Below are positions 44,671 through 55,400 of a stretch of 64,000 nucleotides of DNA, one piece after another (within the stretch, counting starts at the first letter, position 1; each line of letters opens with the position of its first letter). A model generated the notes under the pieces. The model was not told the DNA's origin, ran no database searches, and saw nothing but the letters and a program-made list of their open reading frames with translations. The stretch lies in NCBI GenBank assembly GCA_002269645.1, contig NIVC01000543.1, positions 1-64,000 of the forward strand, read 5' to 3'. This DNA comes from Macrostomum lignano. Lineage: Eukaryota. Both the position numbers and the translations under genes were made by a program.

Positions 44671-45777
44671 ATGGCTCTCTCAAGGCAGAAAATTCTGGCT
44701 CTCCTACTTACTGCCTGCTGCGTCGCCTTCTGGGCGCTATTGGAAGAGAGGCAGCCAGCAAAAATGACTCAGAAGAGCTCGAAATTCAACAGCATCAGCT
44801 GCAGGTTGGACTCTACGCTTTGCGACGCTCTGGTGGAGATCAGCAGCGGAGCAGCTCAGCATGTAAGGTGCCACAGCCACCTGGAGCTGCGCGAATTTGA
44901 CTTTCGTCACCCTAAGTTCAGGAGCATCCTCTGCAAAGATGAAAAAGCATTTGTGAGAGCTGGAGGGAGCTACCCGCTGTGTCGGCTGCAACACCCGTTC
45001 AATATTCAGTTGCTGGACGTTGTCAGGAGAGGAAGTCTGGTCGCGAAACTCCTTGATATGAGGAATGAGTTTATCCAAATGTTTGTGTATCCTGAGAACG
45101 ACGCAATTTCTATGCAGATCATGACAAGCAAGAATTGGGAGCCAGAAATTGTGCATACAACCATGAGACTCGCTCTGAAGGTGCCGAACGCGACCTTCCT
45201 CGACGCGGGTTGCAACATCGGTGTCTACAGCCTGCTGGCCGCGAGACTCGGGCTGCCCGTCGTGTCGCTGGACGCGAACATCCGCAACCTGCTCCGGCTG
45301 CGGCTGAGCCTCAACGCGGCGGCGCTCGATGCGGCGCTCGTGTGGAACTTCATCGGATCCGGAGACCAGCTGAGCTTCCTCAACTTCCCTGACGACTGCA
45401 ACGTCGGCGGAGCGACCAAGTTCGGCAGAGCCGTGATCGACTCGATCCCCGTGATGCCGGTAAGGAGCGAGCGGCTGTGCGGCCTCATCGGCACGAGGAA
45501 CGTCGTCATCAAGCTGGACATCGAGGGCGGAGAGGCGGACTTCCTGAGGACGTCGGGCTGTCTGTTCAGCCAGTTCAGAGTGGCTGCAGTTCAAATAGAG
45601 ATCTTGGAAAGGCACATGCCTGCGGATGACAGGGCTTTTGTAACAGATTTTTTTATCAGTCGCAAATACAGCGCATGGAGAGCGCAGACCCTGGAGCGGC
45701 TGAACTTGTCGGCTGCTAAAAGTTGGGAGGATGGCGATATAATTTGGCTGCACAAGGACTTTAAGCACCTACTTTGA
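44671..45777 (+). CDS. FkbM-family methyltransferase, paralog 2, signal anchor, intronless (368 aa)
   Basis: 'MALSRQKILALLLTACCVAFWALL'; same motif I and IKLDIEG motif; distinct C-terminus. Confidence 0.88.
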   Translation: MALSRQKILALLLTACCVAFWALLEERQPAKMTQKSSKFNSISCRLDSTLCDALVEISSGAAQHVRCHSHLELREFDFRHPKFRSILCKDEKAFVRAGGSYPLCRLQHPFNIQLLDVVRRGSLVAKLLDMRNEFIQMFVYPENDAISMQIMTSKNWEPEIVHTTMRLALKVPNATFLDAGCNIGVYSLLAARLGLPVVSLDANIRNLLRLRLSLNAAALDAALVWNFIGSGDQLSFLNFPDDCNVGGATKFGRAVIDSIPVMPVRSERLCGLIGTRNVVIKLDIEGGEADFLRTSGCLFSQFRVAAVQIEILERHMPADDRAFVTDFFISRKYSAWRAQTLERLNLSAAKSWEDGDIIWLHKDFKHLL

Positions 45778-46682
45778 AACTGTTAAGAAGATTGAATTTA
45801 CATGTATAAACACTTGCCAGGCAAATAAATCAAATGGGGTGTACGAGCGTATGCTGGCTAGAAAGCACTACAGTTTTGTTCGATTTCTGGGTCTCTCTGG
45901 TAACTTTAGTTCCATGATAAAGTTACTTAACTGGTGAAATCACCTCGGAATAAAAAAATATATGCAGTAGGTCTTCATAGGCTTTTCGAAAGTCTTGGAG
46001 AGTCTCAAAATGTGAGAAAATGTCAAATCTTGGCAAAAACTGTAAATTCGTTATCCTAACTGATGCATTTCAAACCGCAATCGAGTCCCCATTACGATTT
46101 TCATAACTATTGATACTAGCGAGACAGACGTGTCGCGTCCTCTTAATACTAACGGTTCTTGTTCCCTAATCTGCTGCCAGTCCACCCTACTATAGTGACT
46201 CTGCATCCGCAAGACTTACTGGACTCTAGCCCCGTGCCCTGTGCCAGCAAATGGTCTGAGTGAGTGCTGCACTCGAATACACCACAGAAATTCTGTTAAA
46301 CACGCGTAGAAGCAAGTGAAATCGCAATAAAATAAAATTAAGCACGTCTCCAGCAATCGTGCATTTTTGGCAATGGATATCATTTCGAATAGACCGTTTG
46401 CGGCAGTTCTGACGCTTCACTGTAGAAAAGGAAAATCGATTTGCCTCTGTAGAGGGCTGAGGCAGCGCTGTCTTAGTTTCTATTGCTTCGCTGTCCGCAT
46501 AGGTTGTACTCCACTACTTTTTTCAACAGCTGCCAGCCAAGCAGTTGCAGTTGGAGGCAACGGGGACGTGGATCTGGGAGTCACTGTAATAAAGCCAAGG
46601 CAGCCAGCTCTCAGCAACTGATCTCAGACTTGAGAAATTCATAAACCAGCGGGTACAGCGCCCAGGGCAAGTTGGAAGGACC

Positions 46683-47741
46683 ATGCTGACCCTCAGGTAC
46701 CTGAGGGTGCTGTTACTACTAGCCTGCAGCACCGCCTATCTCTGCGTCAGACTGTACAACTCTGTCTCGAACAGCGCACGCGTAGAAATGCGACCGAAAA
46801 ATTGCGTCGCCTACTCAGAACTGAAGAACATGAGCTTTCTGGACCCGAAACTGCGACATCGCCTATGCGTCAATGCCGAGGCCTACAAACAAACTTCGGC
46901 TGTTTTCCCGCTGTGCAAACTACCCACCCCGTTCGTGCCGCAGATTATGCAGATTATCCGCAAGGGCAGCGTGCCAGCTCGAATCCGCGATTTCAACGAA
47001 AATCTGCTGGAAATGTTCGTCTACCCTGGGAAAGACATGATTTCTGAGGCCATCAAGACCAGTCACGAATGGGAGCGTGAGCTGGTCCATACAACCATGA
47101 GACTGGCTCTGAAGGTGCCGAACGCGACCTTCCTCGACGCGGGTTGCAACATCGGTGTCTACAGCCTGCTGGCCGCGAGACTCGGGCTGCCCGTCGTGTC
47201 GCTGGACGCGAACATCCGCAACCTGCTCCGGCTGCGGCTGAGCCTCAACGCGGCGGCGCTCGATGCGGCGCTCGTGTGGAACTTCATCGGATCCGGAGAC
47301 CAGCTGAGCTTCCTCAACTTCCCTGACGACTGCAACGTCGGCGGAGCGACCAAGTTCGGCAGAGCCGTGGTCGACTCGATCCCCGTGATGCCGGTAAGGA
47401 GCGAGCGGCTGTGCGGCCTCATCGGCACGAGGAACGTCGTCATCAAGCTGGACATCGAGGGCGGAGAGGCGGACTTCCTGAGGACGTCGGGCTGTCTGTT
47501 CAGCCAGTTCAGAGTGGTTTTTGTGCAGATGGAGTTTCTGAGGCAGCACATGGTCGGAACTGACAGCGCAACGATAGTGGACTTCTTCGCCAGCAGAAAC
47601 TACTCCGCTTGGCGGACTCCGGGCCTGTCAGCGCTGGATGTCAAAAATGCAGAACTGTGGGAGGACTGCGATATATTGTGGATTCATAAGGACTTTGACC
47701 ACCTTATTTACAGCGAAGGATTTACACTTGCCACTGGCTGA
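46683..47741 (+). CDS. FkbM-family methyltransferase, paralog 3, signal anchor, intronless (352 aa)
   Basis: 'MLTLRYLRVLLLLACSTAYLCVRL'; core and C-terminus identical in protein to paralog 1. Confidence 0.88.
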   Translation: MLTLRYLRVLLLLACSTAYLCVRLYNSVSNSARVEMRPKNCVAYSELKNMSFLDPKLRHRLCVNAEAYKQTSAVFPLCKLPTPFVPQIMQIIRKGSVPARIRDFNENLLEMFVYPGKDMISEAIKTSHEWERELVHTTMRLALKVPNATFLDAGCNIGVYSLLAARLGLPVVSLDANIRNLLRLRLSLNAAALDAALVWNFIGSGDQLSFLNFPDDCNVGGATKFGRAVVDSIPVMPVRSERLCGLIGTRNVVIKLDIEGGEADFLRTSGCLFSQFRVVFVQMEFLRQHMVGTDSATIVDFFASRNYSAWRTPGLSALDVKNAELWEDCDILWIHKDFDHLIYSEGFTLATG

Positions 47742-48262
47742 TGCACCTTTGCTTCGTATTTCAAATTGAACATTTAACCTGCAAGATTTGTCAGGCTTTC
47801 AAGGTAGCTCGTTACTGCTCCCATTGAGATCAATCTGAGGAGATCAATAAATGGCAGCAGGAATACATAAAAACGAACATGATAAACTAGACCCCTTAAA
47901 ATCCATGCTAAGTATGACATTCAAGATCACACCGCCAATAAAGAGACGCCACCTAACGATTCAATGACCACTTAGAAGCTGGACGAGACACAATTTCTTA
48001 CATTTTGAGATTGAACTTGCATCTCAAAGCTTTGACTCATTGCTAGTATTAATTACATATCAATTGCTCATCCTGGATGTAACTCGCCCGCTCTGCCTCT
48101 GTATTGGCACATTTTTCCTGCAATTTCCGGATTCCGTCTGCCCTGCCCGCCCTACGTACCAAGCGAGCGACGCCGCCTTGAGCCGGAAATGTTTTTATTG
48201 ATTTTTTCTCCCTAATTACTACGAGTGTCTACAATCATAAACGGCGTTGCCCTCTTTGGTAA

Positions 48263-48783
48263 CCCTCTGGTAAATAAACCAGATAACACCACAAGATAAC
48301 TTTCGCTCAAACAAGATAACATGCCCCATTCCGGTTATGCAAAATGTTATCTTGTATGAATCCTGTTTGCGTGACGAAATCTTACGTTTCCTTGTTTCAA
48401 ACAAGATTCAAATAGGATTCATTGACCAGGTAACAGTCGGGTAATTCATGCGAATCCTGCAGGGAAACATCGTGTTATCCTGTTTGTTATCCTGTCTGGC
48501 AAACAAGATTCGCTGACCAGATAACAGTCAAACAAGAAAACAAAAAAATTATCTGGTGGCGAATCTTGTCAAGTAATCTGATTTCTAAGCAAGATTCGGG
48601 ACATGTTATCTGGTGAAATTCAGATAACTCACCAGATAACAGTCAAACCAGATAACACTAAAATTACCTGGTGACGAATCTGGTGGTTTCACCAGTTTCG
48701 CACCTCAAAAAAGGAAATCGGTAGTGAATCTGACAAGATTCGCAAGTTATCTTGTGGTGTTATCTGGTTTATTTACCAGAGGG
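48263..48783. mobile_element. 521-bp MITE with 40-bp TIRs (CCCTCTGGTAAATAAACCAGATAAC...), candidate 2-bp AA TSD; CACTA/EnSpm-like
   Basis: 48263-48302 is the reverse complement of 48744-48783. Many internal CAGATAAC/GTTATC subterminal repeats occur in both orientations. The superfamily call is inference. Confidence 0.8.
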
Positions 48784-49482
48784 AAGGTAAATAATAAAGT
48801 ACATTTACTACTCTTTCAAATAATAAGCGTTTTCAATTCGCATAAGAAATTAAAGAATTTATTTAAATTTAATTCTAATTGAGAATGGCTAAACTGGCTT
48901 CAGGTCAGGCCTGGCAATTGCTATATTTGTATGCTTTCTGATTGTGAAATAAAATATAAAGAAAGCCACTAAGCATTCCGATGGATATTTATTACTAGAT
49001 ACTACACAAGCATCGCTACAGCTAAACAAAGCAGAGCACTAGGGTGACAGGGAAAAATCTCGATGCCAATGAAACAGTCGAATTTCACTGGTGCATGCGA
49101 CTCTAATTAGGTAACTAATGACATCTAAGAGCAAAATATCTGTAAACCATTCTTACTAAACTGGTTCTGACAGATCAAAATCGAATCAATTTATGGGCAT
49201 AGCAAGTAAAATAGTTTGTTGGTTGGACAAAAACAAAATATCAACTAAAATAGTGCAGCTTTCGGGACTACGTGGCAAATCTGAGAGCTCTGTGACAGGT
49301 TTGATAAAAATTCTACATGGGGTTGCTCAGAGCAGGTGCTACTGCAATCGAAGGTATGTGCGCACATCCGGTGTTCTCTAAGATGAAGTTCATATTGAAA
49401 AAATTAATACTACAGAGAGAGCAGCTCAGAGTCTGCATTCTCTCGGAGTCTCAACAATCCCAAAGTCTCATGGCCAGCGAGC

Positions 49483-52400
49483 TCACAGCTTCAGGTTGCG
49501 CAGGTCGCAGGCTGCCTCGAACATTGTGGCCATGCTCCAGGCCTGGGCCTGGCAGCTGTGCGGGCAGGGCTGCAGTTCATTGGGGGGGGTTGGAGTTGGT
49601 CATTGCACGAGATCGCCTACTAACAAGTAGTTAATAAAGCATCTTGAAGCGAATATCTTATAGCGAGTGCAAAAAGGTCAAGACCAGCTTGGACGGTGAA
49701 CTATGAAGCAATGACAAACATTCGTAGGAGGGTTGTGAAAACCTTGGGCGACATCGTTGAGGCAATTCTACAGACTCACACACGCGCGTATACGGGGTGT
49801 ACAGCAGCCCTGACTTTCTACACTGCCTGTGCCTCATCGGGTGTGAATCGCATGACGGCCGATCTCCCAGCCGACTTTTGTGCACAAGCTTCAAGTAAAT
49901 GTGGCTGCGCACAAAATAGAACCAACCCTGCCCCCTTGCACCTGCTCTGCCCCCTTGCACCTGCTCTGCCCCTTACACATGCTCTGCCCCCTTGCACCTG
50001 CTCTGCCCCCTTACACATGCTCTGCCCCCTTGCACCTGCTCTGCCCCCTTGCACCTGCTCTGCCCCCTTACACATGCTCTGCCCCCTTGCACCTGCTCTG
50101 CCCCCTTGCACCTTCTCTGCCCCCTTGCACCTGCTCTGCCCCCTTGCACCTGCTCTGCCCCTTACACATGCTCTGCCCCTTGCACATGCTCTGCCCCTTA
50201 CACATGCTCTGCCCCTTACACATGCTCTGCCCCCTTGCACATGCTCTGCCCCTTGCACATGCTCTGCCCCCTTGCACCTGCTCTGCCCCCTTGCACCTGC
50301 TCTGCCCCTTACACATGCTCTGCCCCTTACACATGCTCTGCCCCCTTGCACCTGCTCTGCCCCCTTGCACCTGCTCTGCCCCTTGCACATGCTCTGCCCC
50401 TTACACATGCTCTGCCCCCTTGCACCTGCTCTGCCCCCTTGCACCTGCTCTGCCCCTTGCACATGCTCTGCCCCTTACATATGCTCTGCCCCCTTGCACC
50501 TGCTCTGCCCCTTACACATGCTCTGCCCCCTTGCACCTGCTCTGCCCCCTTGCACCTGCTCTGCCCCTTGCACATGCTCTGCCCCTTACACATGCTCTGC
50601 CCCCTTGCACCTGCTCTGCCCCCTTGCACATGCTCTGCCCCCTTGCACCTGCTCTGCCCCCTTGCACATGCTCTGCCCCCTTGCACCTGCTCTGCCCCTT
50701 GCACATGCTCTGCCCCTTACACATGCTCTGCCCCTTGCACATGCTCTGCCCCTTACACATGCTCTGCCCCCTTGCACCTGCTCTGCCCCCTTGCACATGC
50801 TCTGCCCCCTTGCACCTGCTCTGCCCCCTTGCACCGGCTCTGCCCCCTTACACATGCTCTGCCCCTTACACCTGCTCTGCCCCCTTGCACCTGCTCTGCC
50901 CCCTTGCACCTGCTCTGCCCCCTTACACATGCTCTGCCCCTTGCACATGCTCTGCCCCTTACACATGCTCTGCCCCCTTGCACCTGCTCTGCCCCCTTGC
51001 ACATGCTCTGCCCCTTGCACCTGCTCTGCCCCCTTGCACATGCTCTGCCCCCTTGCACCTGCTCTGCCCCTTACACATGCTCTGCCCCTTACACATGCTC
51101 TGCCCCTTACACATGCTCTGCCCCCTTACACATGCTCTGCCCCCTTGCACATGCTCTGCCCCTTACACATGCTCTGCCCCTTACACATGCTCTGCCCCTT
51201 ACACATGCTCTGCCCCCTTACACATGCTCTGCCCCCTTACACATGCTCTGCCCCCTTGCACATGCTCTTCCCCTTACACATGCTCTGCCCCTTGCACATG
51301 CTCTGCCCCTTACACATGCTCTGCCCCTTACACATGCTCTGCCCCCTTACACATGCTCTGCCTCTTACACATGCTCTGCCCTCTGCATTCTTTACTTGCT
51401 ACTCTCCAGTGGGCGGTTTTTCATACTGTTGTAGCCGCAGCAATACTTCTGAGCAGTGATTAGAGGGAAGCTACAACTAATCAATATGAGCAGAAACAGC
51501 TGCTGAAGCCTCACCTCTCCATCCCGGTTGGTGAGCTCGGGCAGGCTGTGCCAGTCGGAGGCCTCCATGGCGGCCTGGCAGCGGGCCAGCACGGCCTGGA
51601 CGTGACCGACCTGGTCGGAAGGCGGTTCCGAGAAAGCGAGCCGGGCGCGCAGGTAATAGCCCACCGGCCACAGCCACTCGGGCCCATTGTGATAGGAGAA
51701 GCCGCCGGCCACGCTGAAGTCGCCGGAGTCGTCAGAGTTGTCGTAGCGGCCGCGGTAGGCCGGGTCGGCGGGGTCGAGCGTCCGCATGCCGAGCGGGCCA
51801 AGCAGCCGGCGCTCCGTCAGCTCCAGGGCGGCGCGGGCGCGCTCGGCGCTGAACAAGAACGGTGCCGTCACCATGGCAACTAGAAAGTTTGGCCGCAACT
51901 GCCGGCCTTCGGGGTCGTCGGCGGGATCCACGTCCGGCAGCCAGCGGTCGCGGTAGTGGCCGGACTCGAGCAGCCAGAAGCGCGGCTCGAACTGCTTGGC
52001 GAGGTCGGCGGCCCAGTCGGCCCAGGAGACGAGCCGGCCGCCGTGCTTGACGCCCTCGTACGGGTAGGCGGACCTGCGCAGGAGCGACAGGCAGAGCGGC
52101 ACTCAGATTTTTTATTTATTTTTTTTAGAGGCAGGGGGGGTTGTGTGCACCCTGGCGCACTTTAAGCGACATTGGCACACAACCGGCGAGAGGCATTACT
52201 GCCCATTCCACCGACTCCCCTGAGCAGGCATACAAGCGCGCGGATACGTACGCAGGCACACACTCACACAGGAGTGTACAGCGGCCCTAACTTTATATTA
52301 TCGTTAGGCATGTACACTTCACTGCGCCTTGGGGGGTTGGCTCTCAAGGCCGTTAATTGCATGAGCAGAGCCAAGCCGAGATTCCAATTCAGCCCCAAAT

Positions 52401-55400
52401 TAATGTGACTGCACTTGGAATCGAGCCTGGGTCGCTGGCACACCAGAGCAGCTGCGCTACCTCTGGGCTACGGCCCCCCTGCGGCACTCAGATAAAATGG
52501 ATACGAAAACGGCACCAAGGCCAAGAAGCATCTCAGAGTCAATTGCGCCGCCCCAGAGTTTTTGCAGGTAACACAGGTAAAATAGGGAAGGAGTTACTCT
52601 ATACGACTCTCTAAAACCACGAGATGTTACGGTACATGTCGGCTGAAAGTCGTCTCTGCGATGCTTTTGTAACGACTCTTGAGGCCGTATAGCCGTATCT
52701 GAGGCGTGCTGGAGTCGCTGTAGAATCATTGAGTTGCGTCTAAAGCGCATCTGCATCAATTTTATATATTAGAAACGCACTTCACATCTATAAAAACTTG
52801 ATTTAGGTTTTTTAATTTACGTTAACTTGCGAAGTATTAACATTAGCCAGGACAACAGATACAGGAATTAACTAGATGGGCCACTCAGCACATTTGCGTG
52901 CAAGCTACTTTCAGTTCAGTAGTAAGTTAAACTGAAGCATTTTAATGTATTTTTAAAGATACATTCTTTTGGGCAACTCCCAACGGCAGCTCAGAGCTGC
53001 CACCTTATTGCTGCACGGTAAGTTGAAGCTCTGATTCATGAAGCATTGGCAGAGCATCAGAGCCTAACCTGGGCAATTTGGCCAGCCGGTCCACCACGGC
53101 AGCGCACAGTCCCGTCAGCTCAACAGCGCAGCCGTGACGGGGTGTGGCGGGCACGCCGCGGTTGCCGGCCCGCTCCGAGCCGCCCATTTTGTCCATCCAG
53201 GTGCCGCAGTTCCAGCGGCTGCCGCCAACTACGAAGGGCCAGCTGAGGCCGGCGGTGACACGGAAGCCTTCGGGCCGCATGTGCGAGTCCAGCTGCGGCC
53301 CGGCGTTGCGCTCCACAAAGTCGATGCCGTCAGCGTGGCGCTGCAGGGCCTCCTGCATCACCTGGAGAGGCAGGTAGGAGCTTAGTTACTAACGCTGGCT
53401 ATGACACTGCGTCAATTGACTTAGCGAGGAACCGAGATACGCTTGCAGCTGCCTATGATGCTAGAATATGCTCCATGTGTGCTCAGAAAGACAGACAAGG
53501 ACAGTTATTAGCAGGGCATTGTACTGTGCATCGCACAATGTACCAATGCATCTTGGAAACTCGGCAGAAGAGCGTAAATTGGCTCACAACACCAACAACT
53601 GCACATTGGGCTTTGTTGCTAACCATAAAACCAAGCTTGCAAATTTTGCAGGAGGAAAGCTCACCTGGTGCAGCGGCTGCACGCAGTCAAACACCGGCTG
53701 AGCATCGTCGGTTGGGAAGAGGCGCAGCACGGGATCGGCAAGGACGCTGGCACCGGACGGCGCCATGGCAACGAACTCGCAGACGCAGTGCAGCCAGTAC
53801 CACACGGCATCGCGGCAGTTGTACCTGGCGCCGACGCCGCCGCCGCACAGGTTGGGGATGAGGCCGTGGCGCAGGGCACCGGCGTAGGCCAGCAGCACCG
53901 AGCGGGCGTCGTCCCAGCGGCCGGTGAGCAGCAGGAGGCCGCGCAGGGAGATGAAGGTGTCGCGGCCCCAGTTGCGGAACAGGCCGGCGGCGAAGTGCGG
54001 GAAGCCGGCCGCGATGGACAGCCGCGGCAGCTGGTCGGCCAGCGCCGGCGCCAACGGCGGCAGCGCCGAGTCGGGCGGGTCGCCGACGAACTGCAGGGAG
54101 CCGAGAGACAGACAGAACAGCAGGCGGGAGGCGGCCGGACAGGCGGGCAGCAGCACCGAGCGGGCCCGCGCCAGCAGGGCGTCGTGAATGCGTATGACAG
54201 CCGAGCCAAAGTAGGACGGGATGAGGTAGCGCGGGACCTGCCGCATCGCCTTCAGGTACTCGGACAGCCAGGCGGCCAGCTTGGGTGCGAAGCCGCACCT
54301 GTGGTGCAATGCGGGAGCTGAGGCTAGTCCCCTGTGTTTATAGCCCTTCGCCTTCGACTATAAGACGTATTGGCTATAATGTCTGCTAAATACCAAGCTG
54401 CCAGGACGAACCGCTACTGGCGCAATCCAGGGTCTGTGTACACCTGCAGTACATGTATTTACCAAGTGTAAACTGGCACTAAAGCTGCATCCTCACCTCT
54501 CAATCCGGCCCAGAACATAGTTGGGCAGCCAGTCGCCCTGCCGCAGATTGCCGCACACCGGATGTCCCAGATCCTTGCGCAGGTTGACCTCCCGCATCAG
54601 CCGGCCCAGCCGGTGCAGCCCGCAGTAGACGAGGTCGCCGAAGCTCGGCACATTGTAGATGCCGCCGCCCTCCTCGGCTGCGCAGCGGAACAGCAGGTAG
54701 GACAGGTGGTGAGCGTTCAGGCCGGACACGGCGTCCTCAAGAGATACACCGGACTCGGGCGACTTGCAGCTGAGCAGAGACTTCTTCAGGGCCAAGCAGG
54801 CCAGCTCCGAGGGCTTGTCGAGCAGAACCCGGATAGCCACCACCTGGCAGGAGCAAAGTAAACAGCTAACATGAGCACCGCACGCATGCATTGGGCGTTG
54901 GCACTCATCAGCGAGAATTACACAAGCCACAGGCCGCTGACGAAATCGTAGCAGGGAAACCCACAGGCGCCAGTCTAGCTACTCACAGTGGCATTTCATT
55001 ACAACTCACCGCTCCTGGCGGCAGGTGCTTGAAGTGCAGGCGGCCGTCACCAAAAGCCACAAGCTGCGACTTCTCCAGCGGCAGGCGCTCCCGAGCCTCG
55101 ATCGAGCAGCCCGTCAGGCCGTTGATGACGCTGGGGTCGCGGACGAATTTGGCCGGTGTCTGGCTGAAGGTGAGCTCGAAGATCACCTCACCAATGCTGC
55201 CACTGATCGGCAGGGACGGCACGTGCGGCCGCGAGTCGGCGGTAGGCGCGGAGAAGGCGGTGTGCGCAATGAGGATGACGCTCTGGTGGCTGGCGGGATT
55301 GTGCCGGGTGACGGCCACCACGGAGTCGGTCACCTGGTCCACAAACTGCTCCTCGAAGCCTTCGGCGGCCAGATGGGCGTGCAATTCGTTCAGCAGGTGC

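Larger units (their letters stand above)
42006..47832. repeat. 793-bp near-identical inverted repeat arms (42006-42798 and 47040-47832) plus a third 430-bp core copy (45154-45583)
   Basis: Compared by eye. The arms cover the catalytic core, the C-terminus and about 90 nt of 3' flank, with only two mismatches noticed. Confidence 0.9.

Noticed and set aside
42289-47549. Long antisense ORFs overlapping the FkbM genes, and similar ones over the receptor (28687-29607), the GH38-like gene (19720-20724) and the RT (13147-14175)
   Set aside because: Shadow ORFs caused by GC-rich codon usage on the coding strand; no motifs.
52400-52480. Functional tRNA gene
   Set aside because: The B box deviates (GGCTCGA), no clean cloverleaf could be built, and it continues into a body, an A-tail and a TSD, so it is better explained as a SINE head.
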